Origin: an uncultured Phycisphaerales bacterium
GTDB taxonomy: Bacteria > Planctomycetota > Phycisphaerae > Phycisphaerales > SM1A02
NCBI GenBank assembly: GCA_938084645.1
Contig: CALKEP010000073.1
Coordinates: 1-30,574 of the forward strand
Length of the DNA stretch: 30,574 nucleotides
Direction of reading: 5' to 3'
Shown: positions 1 to 8,362 of the stretch, in pieces
How the letters are laid out: each line of letters begins with the position of its first letter
How positions within the stretch are numbered: position 1 is the stretch's first letter
Notes under the pieces: generated by a model
Told to the model about the DNA's origin: nothing
Seen by the model: the letters and a program-made list of their open reading frames with translations, nothing else
Database searches by the model: none
Position numbers and translations under genes: made by a program

Positions 1-2804
1 GGGTCGCCGCGGCGCGCGGCCGTCTTCCACGTCCGACTCTCCATCACCGCGTCACCCCGGGCGACGAGTCGCTTGAGGTCCTTGCCACCTTCGTCGGCCA
101 GCAGGCCTTCCGCCCGCTCACCGGCGGGTCGCACGCCACCCACCCGGTTCGCCAGATCGAGGGAGACCTCGCGGGCGTCGAGTCGATCGCTGGTCATCGC
201 ATCCGGCGTGCTCCGCACCCGGACGTCGCCTTCGAGATCCAGCCGCCCGGCGCCGTCGTTCGCCCGTTCGTCGTATCGCATGGCCTGCGTCCACGTCGCC
301 GCGAGGGAGGTCCTGCTGGACGGGGTCGGACGCTCGATGCGTTCCCGGGAGGCGGGCACCACGTCCGCGTCGTAGTACCGGAACCGACCCGGCCCCGTTC
401 CCCGGACGTTTCGCGTCGAATCATCGAATCGCACGTCGCGGAGTCGGTCCGCGACCACGTTCGATCGCAGGACCATCACGTCGTCGCCGGTGAGCTGCAG
501 GGTCCGCGCCACGCCGTCGCCCTCGAGACGATCCGCGAAGACGCGAGCCCCTTCCTCCAATCGAACCTGCACGCCGTCGACGGCGTCGACGCGGGTGATC
601 TCGACCGCCCCCATCTCATCGCCGCCGAAGCCCGCCCCCTCGACCGCCGCGGCCGCGGCGTCCGTCTCGACACGCGGACGGAAGCGAACCACGAGTCGAT
701 CGGTCCACATCGTCTGGCCCGGATCACTCGCCTCGACCGCCCCTTCGGCGATCATTTCCGTCGGCACCGTGCGACCGTCCTCGGTCCGATCGAGTCCGAG
801 ATCGATCGACGTCGCCTCGAGCGAACCGATCTCACCGACCCGGTCGACTCGGGCGCCACCGGTCGCGAGAATCCGCTTGATCGCATCGACCTCGCCACCG
901 TCGGCGAAGTCCACGACCAATGTCTGCGAACCCAGCTTGAAGTCGTCGCTGGCGACCCGGACGTCGCCTTGGAATCGGGCCTGCTGCAGACGGCCATCGT
1001 CGTCGAGATCATCGAAATCGAGATCGACGCCACCCTCCCATTCGATCTCCAACCGGGGCGGCGCGTCGTCGCCGTCCGGCGTCGATTCCTGTTCGATGGC
1101 GGCGATCGCCGCCCAGGCCACGACCCGATCCGCGCCCGGCCCCGCGGCCAGCATCGTCTGCAGCCCGTGGACGAAGCGGTCGGCGGCGGTTCCGAAGGCG
1201 GTTCGGACCTGCGTCGCGGTCTCCGGTGCGAATCGCATCCGACCGGGACCGATCAGGCCTCCGGTCCCTTCGGAACGCACCATCCAGAATCGCCCTCCGG
1301 CCAGGCTGAAGCGAGGACTCTCGATCAAGAGCGGATTGGACTCGTCGCCGACGAGCTCGATCCGTTCCGACGACGAGCGATATTCGAGCCGGGCACACGA
1401 ACCAACCGCCTCGTTGCCGTCGTCGACCAGGTCGATGCCCCGGCCGTCGTCCGATTCGATGACGATCTCGGAATCGGCGTCACCAGCCATTCTCGTGACC
1501 GCGCCGGGATCCGGCACCATCACCAGTCGCCCCGTGTAGTGGACGCGGACCACCTCGTCGTCAAGTCGGGGCATGACCGCCTCGACGGGACCGAAGGCCA
1601 CCGCGGTGGTGGCGACGAGATTCGAAGGGGTCGCGGCCATGCCGGCGCCGCGAACCGGCGCGACCGCGATCGGAGCGCCCTCGATCCCGGAATCACCGAG
1701 TGCGAAGGTGGCGACGAGTCGATCCCCGGAGACCGTGCTTCGCATCGTGGTGCCGCTGGCATCGCGAACCACGCGCTCCACGACCACGTCATCCTCCAGC
1801 ACCAGTCGGTACCACGCCTCCGGGTCCGCCACATCGGACGCAGCCTGCGCCGTGGACGGCGAGGCCGAACGATTCACGTTCGCCCCGGCGACCACGTCCG
1901 AATCGCGCTCGGACCAGGCGTCCGCGGCCGACGCGGCCTCGGCCGCGGCCGCGGCCGCGGGGACCTTGCCCTTCGTCGAGTCCGGAGCTCGCGTCGAGGC
2001 CGCCGCGATGGGAGGCGCCCGACGACCGGGACGGATGAGGATCGGTTCGGTCGCCCGTTCGACGGTGAGTCTCGAGATCCGGGTTCCGTCACCCTCGAAG
2101 AGGATTCGCAGATCCTCGCCGGCGAAGGTGGCCTCCGACGTGGTCACGCGGACGGCCCGCGGACTGTGGATCTCACCGGCCGCGGCGTCGTAGACCGCGG
2201 ACTCCGCCTCGATCGTCACCGCCGGCGCTCGATCCTCGAGCGGCGCGTCGACCCCGTCGACGGACGGCTCGTAGATTCGAATCTCGACGTCACCCTCGAG
2301 CCGGCCGGATTCGATCGCCTGATTCGGGACCCGCATCGTGCCGGCGATCGCCCGCATCTCGACGATGCGACCGTTTCGCGGATGGAGCCTCGCCCAGGGG
2401 CGCTGCATCTCCACCCAGGCGTCGGGGAGCGGGTCGATGCGAACCGCCCCGTACTCCTGGGCCAGCGCACCATCCTCACCCGCGACCTGGACCGACGCCC
2501 CGTCGCGAAGCGACGCCATGACATCGCGGTCGAGCTCCGCCGCAGGACGTGCGAACTCGTCTTCGGTCGGCGTCGAAGGCACGGCGATGCGATCGAGATC
2601 CACCATCCGCTTGAGGTTGGAGCGTTCCGGCCGTTGATCGAGCCGCCAGACGACCACGACGATGAGCACCGCGACCACCACGCCGAGTCCGATGAGGATC
2701 AGCGGGCGTCGATCGACGGCGCCGCGACGGATGCGGTCCCCTCGTCGGTGGCGAGCCACCGCAGCCGGCTGGGACATCGTTTCATTCATGGTCTCGATCC
2801 ACAT
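1..2804 (-). CDS. Giant single-pass membrane protein with repeated LptC/LptA (OstA-like) beta-jellyroll motifs; 3' end lies beyond the left edge (at least 934 aa)
   Basis: Not in the ORF track because no stop falls in the window. ATG at 2804 follows AAGGAG. Manual translation gives MWIETMNETMSQ...RRPLILIGLGVVVAVLIVVVVWRL (TM anchor), then motifs such as GRLEGDVEIRIY, VTIEAESAVYDAAAGEIHSPRAVRV, ARFQGDVRVASDDFKLGSQTLVVDF..IKRILATGGARV and LDLEGDVRVRS..DRLDAREVSLDL..LKRLVARGDAVME. Lies 30 nt downstream of kdsC, the canonical lptC position. Confidence 0.75.
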   Translation of the reverse strand, partial: MWIETMNETMSQPAAVARHRRGDRIRRGAVDRRPLILIGLGVVVAVLIVVVVWRLDQRPERSNLKRMVDLDRIAVPSTPTEDEFARPAAELDRDVMASLRDGASVQVAGEDGALAQEYGAVRIDPLPDAWVEMQRPWARLHPRNGRIVEMRAIAGTMRVPNQAIESGRLEGDVEIRIYEPSVDGVDAPLEDRAPAVTIEAESAVYDAAAGEIHSPRAVRVTTSEATFAGEDLRILFEGDGTRISRLTVERATEPILIRPGRRAPPIAAASTRAPDSTKGKVPAAAAAAEAASAADAWSERDSDVVAGANVNRSASPSTAQAASDVADPEAWYRLVLEDDVVVERVVRDASGTTMRSTVSGDRLVATFALGDSGIEGAPIAVAPVRGAGMAATPSNLVATTAVAFGPVEAVMPRLDDEVVRVHYTGRLVMVPDPGAVTRMAGDADSEIVIESDDGRGIDLVDDGNEAVGSCARLEYRSSSERIELVGDESNPLLIESPRFSLAGGRFWMVRSEGTGGLIGPGRMRFAPETATQVRTAFGTAADRFVHGLQTMLAAGPGADRVVAWAAIAAIEQESTPDGDDAPPRLEIEWEGGVDLDFDDLDDDGRLQQARFQGDVRVASDDFKLGSQTLVVDFADGGEVDAIKRILATGGARVDRVGEIGSLEATSIDLGLDRTEDGRTVPTEMIAEGAVEASDPGQTMWTDRLVVRFRPRVETDAAAAAVEGAGFGGDEMGAVEITRVDAVDGVQVRLEEGARVFADRLEGDGVARTLQLTGDDVMVLRSNVVADRLRDVRFDDSTRNVRGTGPGRFRYYDADVVPASRERIERPTPSSRTSLAATWTQAMRYDERANDGAGRLDLEGDVRVRSTPDAMTSDRLDAREVSLDLANRVGGVRPAGERAEGLLADEGGKDLKRLVARGDAVMESRTWKTAARRGD

Positions 2805-2833
2805 GACCGTCTCCTTCCGACGGGCCGAGGCGA

Positions 2834-3358
2834 TCAGCCTCGCTCGCGGTAGCGTTCCACCGAGTCTTCCCAGTCGCCCTTCGCCTTCAAGAGCAGCTCG
2901 ACGACTTCGCGAACCGCCCCCCTGCCGCCGGTCGCCGTGGTCACATGGCACGCCGCTTCGATGACCTCCACGGCGGCGTCCCGCACGGCCACAGGGTAGC
3001 CACACCGTTCGAGGATCGGCAGGTCGGGCAGGTCGTCACCGACCATCGCGGTTTCCGCCGCATCGACGCCGAGCGATTCCAGCAGTTCCGCGAACGCCTC
3101 GCCCTTCCGTTCGACCCCTTCGACGAGATTGTCGATTCCCAGCTCGCGGGCCCGGTGACGGAGCGCCTCGCCGCGGCGGCCGGTGATGATCGCGATCATC
3201 CCGCCCTGACGCTGCCACATCCGGATCGCGGTGCCATCGCGCACGAAGAATCGCTTCGTCTCGACCCCGGCGTCGTCGATCAGGACCGAACCGTCGGTGA
3301 GGACGCCGTCGACGTCGAGACACAGGAGGCGGATACGGGTGGGATCATGGCGAGACAT
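2834..3358 (-). CDS. kdsC: 3-deoxy-D-manno-octulosonate 8-phosphate phosphatase (HAD, KdsC/YrbI family)
   Basis: LDVDGVLTDG motif I, KRFFVRDG, IITGR, VGDDLPDLP, GGRGAVREVVELLL. Confidence 0.93.
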   Translation of the reverse strand: MSRHDPTRIRLLCLDVDGVLTDGSVLIDDAGVETKRFFVRDGTAIRMWQRQGGMIAIITGRRGEALRHRARELGIDNLVEGVERKGEAFAELLESLGVDAAETAMVGDDLPDLPILERCGYPVAVRDAAVEVIEAACHVTTATGGRGAVREVVELLLKAKGDWEDSVERYRERG

Positions 3359-3423
3359 GCTCGCATGCTACCCGTGGTCGGGGCGGCGCCGAGCGAATGA
3401 CCGGTGGCCCGTTCTCGCGACGA

Positions 3424-4272
3424 TCAGGCGGGGACCCGAAGCCGAGACGCCGGTTCCTCGTTCCCACAGGCATCGGCGACGACGCGAAGCCGCTCCGCGA
3501 CGATCCCCAGATCCCCGGGCCGTCTGGCCTGGGCGGGTTCGAGACAGGTCTGAACGATCTCCTCCGCGGCATCGGGGAGATCCGGGCAGAGACGCCGAAG
3601 CGGCGGTGCGGGCGTCGGGTTGTCCATCATCTCGGACGATGCGTAGCGGCCGGTGAGACAGCGATACATCGTGGCACCAAGCAGGAAGGCGTCGGTCCGC
3701 TCGTCGATCCCGCCCAGCGCGGCCTGTTCCGGCGCGAGGAAGCCGGGAGTCCCCTGGATTCGGGTCTTCCGTTCGCCGAGACGGCAGGCCTGCCCGAGGT
3801 CGATGATCGTCCCGCGGCCGTCGGTGCCGACGAGGATGTTCCCCGGCTTCAGGTCCGCGTGGGCGTAGCCGACCTCGTGAAGATGGCGAAGGCCGTCGGC
3901 GACGGTGGCGAAGCACCGGAACATGGCGGCCGTATCCTCGAACGTGGCGGCATCGAGTGGAACCCCATCGACGAAATCGAGGATGAGGGCGAGTTCCGAT
4001 GTCCGGACGATCTCCCGATACCGCAGGAGACGCTGCGCGGATCGAACGGCCGGATGATCCACCTTGGAGCCGACTTCGAATTCACGCTCGACCTGGGCGA
4101 GGAACCGGCGATCCCGCACACCTCGGGCCGTGACGTGCTTCAACGCATGAAGCGAGCGGCTTCGGGGGTCCGATACCACGTACAGGCGACTCGCGGCCCC
4201 TTCGCCGATCGGCTCGATGACCTTGTACCCGTGGATTTCGCGAGGTGTCGTGGACTGACTGACGGCCATCAT
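3424..4272 (-). CDS. Hanks-type Ser/Thr protein kinase, cytoplasmic, kinase domain only (non-RD)
   Basis: GEGAAS P-loop, ALK, HADLKPGNIL catalytic loop, DLG, GTPGFLAPEQ, TDAFLLG; no TM or sensor domain. Confidence 0.92.
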   Translation of the reverse strand: MMAVSQSTTPREIHGYKVIEPIGEGAASRLYVVSDPRSRSLHALKHVTARGVRDRRFLAQVEREFEVGSKVDHPAVRSAQRLLRYREIVRTSELALILDFVDGVPLDAATFEDTAAMFRCFATVADGLRHLHEVGYAHADLKPGNILVGTDGRGTIIDLGQACRLGERKTRIQGTPGFLAPEQAALGGIDERTDAFLLGATMYRCLTGRYASSEMMDNPTPAPPLRRLCPDLPDAAEEIVQTCLEPAQARRPGDLGIVAERLRVVADACGNEEPASRLRVPA

Positions 4273-4348
4273 TGGCTCCCTGAATCAATGAATTCCTGCC
4301 TTCGATGCACACGCTGCTTCGGTTTCCCCCGTCGCCCGAAAGGGCGGG

Positions 4349-4377
4349 ATTTTCACACCAAAGGGGGCTGCGATCAA
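4349..4377 (-). promoter_or_regulatory. Putative sigma70-type promoter of the kinase gene
   Basis: Minus strand TTGATC-17 nt-GAAAAT with an extended TGn before the -10. Confidence 0.45.
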
Positions 4378-4590
4378 GGGTCGAACGGAACAACTCCGGA
4401 CATTTTCAAGACGCTTCCAACTTCATCCGGAATTCCGTATTCCGATCCTTCGGACTTGTGACGGTTGACTTCAAAGAAAGCGCCGTCCTCGTCCGACCCG
4501 CACCCCCTCGTTCGGGGGATGCCCCAACGTCCGAATCCCGGACGCATTGCTTTCTGTGAAAGGATCCCTTCGGATTTCACTCCCCCTGGT

Positions 4591-5496
4591 TCAAGCCACG
4601 CGTCGCCCGAAGGCGACGTGCTCGAAATCACCGAGTCGCCGAATCTCCTCGAGCCGATGGACCACCTCGGCCATGCCGATCGGTCGTTTCGTCGGGTCCG
4701 GATGCAGGCACTGCTCCATCAATCGCACGAGCCCCACGGAGGTCGTGCGACGCTCCAGTTCCCCGACCCATTCACGGTGCAGATCGATCCAGTCGGCGGC
4801 GCACAGCTCGTGGGCATGGTCCATCGCGAGGCGGTTTCGGAAGATCATCGCCGCCATGGTCGCCGCGAAGCCGAAAACGTCCGATCGGGCGGTCAGGACA
4901 CCCCCGAGAAACTGCTCCGGGCTCGAGTAACCGGGGTTGCCCGAGCCGACTTCGGCGATGACCCCATGCTCGGTCGCATCGCCGAACCCGATGAGTACCG
5001 GAAAGTCCTGGTGATCGACGACCACGTGCCGAGGCCGAATCGCGCCATGGACGAATCCCTGCTCATGGACGTGCGCGACCGCACGGCCCAGATGCTCCAT
5101 CACCTGGAGAACCGCGTTTCCATGGGGCACCGACCATCGATCGAGCGTCGGACCGTCCACGTACTGCTGGAAGAGCCCCACTTCGCGGAGCCGAAACCGG
5201 CTGCGGACCCGCTGCAGGCGATGGACCCGTCGAATGCCCGCGTGATCGAACCGGCGGACGATCTCGTCCTCACCGATGAGCCGATCCAGGGGACCGTCAT
5301 CTCCCGAGGCATCGCGAACCGCGTGCTTCAGCGCCCGAAGCGAGCCGTCCACCGGATCCACGACGAGGCGGGTGATGGCCGACGCGCCTTCGTTCAGGGT
5401 CGCGAGCAGTCGATGTCCCATCACCTGGCCGCGAGCTGCAGCCTGACCGGACGCGGACTCGCTCTTCGTGTTCTTGTTCAGGATTCCCAAGTTCAA
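4591..5496 (-). CDS. Ser/Thr kinase-fold pseudokinase, paralog of 3424..4272
   Basis: LNEGAS, SLRALKH, GNPGYSSPEQ, SDVFGF and CLHPDPTKRP are retained. The catalytic loop reads HGAIRPRH and DFG reads GFG. Start uncertain: TTG 5496/5490 after GGGGAG; the ORF track extends to 5571. Confidence 0.82.
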   Translation of the reverse strand: MNLGILNKNTKSESASGQAAARGQVMGHRLLATLNEGASAITRLVVDPVDGSLRALKHAVRDASGDDGPLDRLIGEDEIVRRFDHAGIRRVHRLQRVRSRFRLREVGLFQQYVDGPTLDRWSVPHGNAVLQVMEHLGRAVAHVHEQGFVHGAIRPRHVVVDHQDFPVLIGFGDATEHGVIAEVGSGNPGYSSPEQFLGGVLTARSDVFGFAATMAAMIFRNRLAMDHAHELCAADWIDLHREWVGELERRTTSVGLVRLMEQCLHPDPTKRPIGMAEVVHRLEEIRRLGDFEHVAFGRRVA

Positions 5497-5641
5497 TCTC
5501 TCCCCGCCGTGGACCCCATGCCCACGAACGTTCCCGATTGGAACTGTCCGAAACAGGGTGTGCGGAGGCAAGAAATCGAGGGATGAGAATCAGACGCGGC
5601 ATTCCGGTTGCAACGGTCGGGCCGGTTGTCCGCCCTTCCGG

Positions 5642-6436
5642 TCAGCCGGAGGCCGAATGGGCCAGAAGCACCACCGCGACGTCGTAGAGGGCATGGGTGG
5701 CGGCCACGACCCCGAAACCACGCAGCAGATAGACGACCGAGAAGTAGGCTCCACTGCCGAGGTAGAACAGCGCCAGACCCGCCATCAGATCACCCTCAGG
5801 CGTGTGAATCGGGTGATAGAGCATGAACGCGATCGACGAGATCACCACCGCGAAGAACACCGTCGTTCGATGCGATCGCCCGAGACCGTCGACCAGCACG
5901 CCATGCACGATGGCGATCAGGGCCCAGCGAAAGACGAGTTCCTCGTAGAGCCCGGCCCCCACGCCCATCGCCACGCGATCGAAGAGCCCATTCGGAGTCG
6001 CGTCGGCCACTTGCAGTTCGATGCCCCCGCCCACCAGCACCCGAGCGAAGACGAGGATCGGAAGAACGAGGAGCAGCGACTCCCCGAACATCAAGCCGAC
6101 CGTTCCCCAGTGCACCTTCCACGATCGTTTCGAAAGGAACTGCCAGGCCACGAGCACCATGACCAGCAGCAGCCCCGGAAGCATCGGCCCGAAGCCGGTG
6201 ACCCCGAAGATCGAGAAGAGATCATGGATGTAGCGATGGGCGAGATTGGTGACGGGAATGCCGCCATCGGGCCTCGCTGCGAGCAACAGGCCCGCCTCGT
6301 ACACCGCCACGAGTGGCAGCAGGAGGACGAGGATCTCGAGCGGGCGCTGTGATCGCTCCCAATACGGCCCGGCCCAATGGGAGCCGGCCCGCACCTGTCC
6401 CGACGAATTCGAGGACGAGCGGGCCGGTCGCGCCAT
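5642..6436 (-). CDS. CPBP-family (CAAX/Abi) intramembrane glutamic endopeptidase
   Basis: Multiple TM segments, GLYEELVFR (EExxxR), FMLYH, HALYD; start 6436 or 6460. Confidence 0.85.
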   Translation of the reverse strand: MARPARSSSNSSGQVRAGSHWAGPYWERSQRPLEILVLLLPLVAVYEAGLLLAARPDGGIPVTNLAHRYIHDLFSIFGVTGFGPMLPGLLLVMVLVAWQFLSKRSWKVHWGTVGLMFGESLLLVLPILVFARVLVGGGIELQVADATPNGLFDRVAMGVGAGLYEELVFRWALIAIVHGVLVDGLGRSHRTTVFFAVVISSIAFMLYHPIHTPEGDLMAGLALFYLGSGAYFSVVYLLRGFGVVAATHALYDVAVVLLAHSASG

Positions 6437-6496
6437 GGCAGCGGAACCTCTCTCTCGCATCGCCTGGGACGAATCGCGAGGGGCGGGTCGGATCGA

Positions 6497-6772
6497 TCAG
6501 GCCGCGGCGGCCTTCAGATCTCGAAGTCGTCGCGAAAGACGGCTCTTCCGACGTGCCGCGGTGTTGCGGTGCATCGCAGGCGTGCAAGAGACCTTGTCGA
6601 GCACCGAACAGACCTTTCGGAATTCCGTCTCGGCGTTGTCCACATCCTTGTGCTGGACGGCCGAAAGGAAACTCTTGATCTGGTTCTTCACGCGACGCTT
6701 GCGCCAGTTGTTGAGGGCGCGACGCTTGGCGCTCTGACGGACGCGCTTCTTGGCTGATTCAGTATTCGGCAC
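6497..6772 (-). CDS. rpsT: 30S ribosomal protein S20
   Basis: GTG at 6772 after CAGGAG; (M)PNTESAKKRVRQSAKRRALN...MHRNTAARRKSRL. Confidence 0.95.
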   Translation of the reverse strand: MPNTESAKKRVRQSAKRRALNNWRKRRVKNQIKSFLSAVQHKDVDNAETEFRKVCSVLDKVSCTPAMHRNTAARRKSRLSRRLRDLKAAAA

Positions 6773-6805
6773 GAGGCCTGTCTCCTGCGGGGATGCGAAC
6801 CGAGC

Positions 6806-6833
6806 ATTATCTCCAGCCGCCCGCGAGATGCAA
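6806..6833 (-). promoter_or_regulatory. Putative rpsT promoter
   Basis: Minus strand TTGCAT-16 nt-GATAAT upstream of the rpsT RBS. Confidence 0.5.
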
Positions 6834-6893
6834 CCCCGATTCCCGCCAATCGGTGGGAGATTCGCGATTCCCGACCCGCTAGAATCATCTCGA

Positions 6894-8120
6894 ATGCACG
6901 CGCCGGCCACGAATTTCCTGACGATTGCCGCGTCCGACCGGCATGCGGACACTCGAACGGCCGCCCTGGCGGTCGCCGCAACCCTTCGTGAGACGCTTCC
7001 CGCGCCCCCTCAGGCGGTCCTGGTGATCGCCAGTTTTCATCATGCCGCGGCTGTTCCGGAGGCGGTTCGGACCATTCGGGAGTCGCTGGACGACCCCGCG
7101 ACGGTCGGATTCACCGCCCGCTCCCTGATGGAAGGCTCCGAGGAGTTCGATCGAGGTCCTGCACTCGCTGCGATGGCCATCACAGGCCCTGGAATGCGAG
7201 CCCGGGCGTTTCAATTCGATCATCGAGACGGCCCTCCGGAGGCCTGGTCGCGGGCGCTTGTTCGGAGCCGGCTGCGGCCGATGTCCCCCCCGCGCGGCGT
7301 GATGGTCTTCGGCGACCCATTCAGCACCGGATCGAACGCCCTTCCCAGCCGCCTGGCGGACGCGGTGCTCCCTGGCGTCCCCATCTGCGGCGGCCTCCTG
7401 AGCGGTGCGAGCCAGGCGGGCGCCAACGTGCTCGTCGCCGACGAGCACGTCTCCAACTCAGGGGCCGTGGGGCTGGTGTTGGAGGGCGAGGTCGAGGTGG
7501 AATCCGTGATCTCCCACGGCGCTCGAGGCGTGGGCCCCACCTTCGTGGTGACCAAGGCGGATTCGACGGGAATCTCGGAGCTGGCCGGACGCCCCGCGGC
7601 GACCGTGCTCGATGATCTGCTGGCCGAGCTGTCCGCCCGGGACCGCACCACGCTGGGCAGGACACCGCTCATCGGGATCGCGATCGATGCGACCAAGTCC
7701 CAGCAGGGCCGAGGGGATTTCCTCGTTCGCCCCATCGCCGTGATCGATCGAAGTTCCGGCACGCTCCTGACCACGGGACGCATCCCTCGCGGCTCGACCA
7801 TCCAGTTCCACGTCCGGGATGCCGCGATCGCCGCGGACGATCTCGACATGTCCCTCGACCTCGCGATCCTCGACGATCGGCCTCCCGCCGGCATCCTGCT
7901 CGCCGGCTCCGCCGGCCGCGGCGCCTCGCTGTTCGGCGCGAGCGGGCACGACGCGGGCCGGATCCACGAACGCCTCGGGGGACCACCCCTGATCGGGTTC
8001 GAAGCGGCGGCGGAGATCGCGTCGATCGGCGGTCGACCCAGGGTCGCGGGCCTCGGCCTCTCCGCCATGCTTCTCCGGGGTCGTGGGCCCCAGGGAAACC
8101 ACGCCGCCGACGACCGGTAG
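6894..8120 (+). CDS. FIST N/FIST C domain small-ligand-binding sensory protein
   Basis: VFGDPFS, PICGGLLSG, VISHGARGVG, ISELAGRPA, GDFLVRPI, TIQFHVRDA, GRGASLFG, GFEAAAEI; ATG 6894 preferred because the longer ORF overlaps rpsT. Confidence 0.85.
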   Translation: MHAPATNFLTIAASDRHADTRTAALAVAATLRETLPAPPQAVLVIASFHHAAAVPEAVRTIRESLDDPATVGFTARSLMEGSEEFDRGPALAAMAITGPGMRARAFQFDHRDGPPEAWSRALVRSRLRPMSPPRGVMVFGDPFSTGSNALPSRLADAVLPGVPICGGLLSGASQAGANVLVADEHVSNSGAVGLVLEGEVEVESVISHGARGVGPTFVVTKADSTGISELAGRPAATVLDDLLAELSARDRTTLGRTPLIGIAIDATKSQQGRGDFLVRPIAVIDRSSGTLLTTGRIPRGSTIQFHVRDAAIAADDLDMSLDLAILDDRPPAGILLAGSAGRGASLFGASGHDAGRIHERLGGPPLIGFEAAAEIASIGGRPRVAGLGLSAMLLRGRGPQGNHAADDR

Positions 8121-8362
8121 AAGAGACGGCGTGGCGGCGAACCTCCACGCGGCCGAAAACCGCGGTCACGGGGTCTTTCCGCCCGATAAGGTCGGAGGGA
8201 CGACGAATCGAAGCGGTTTCGACCCCGGTTCGCCGCAGATTGGATGAAGTGCGCGGCCGGGCCCGCGAAGATGGATCAAACTCACCGCGTCGCCGGACCT
8301 GCACCCACGAACGCGACCTCCACCCGCGCGTCCGGATCGACTTCCACGAGAAAGCACCGCCC

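Noticed and set aside
1921..1960. GCCGCG-type short tandem repeats
   Set aside because: They encode an Ala-rich linker in the giant protein; not a CRISPR or a regulatory repeat
969..2852. 627-aa plus-strand ORF (also 490..1539 and 1573..2193)
   Set aside because: Antisense shadows of the giant minus-strand gene; biased Arg/His/Ser composition and no motifs
5642..6436. CPBP/Abi protein plus kinases as an anti-phage system
   Set aside because: CPBP proteases are common housekeeping membrane proteins, and the context (rpsT, kdsC) is core genome with no defence-island markers
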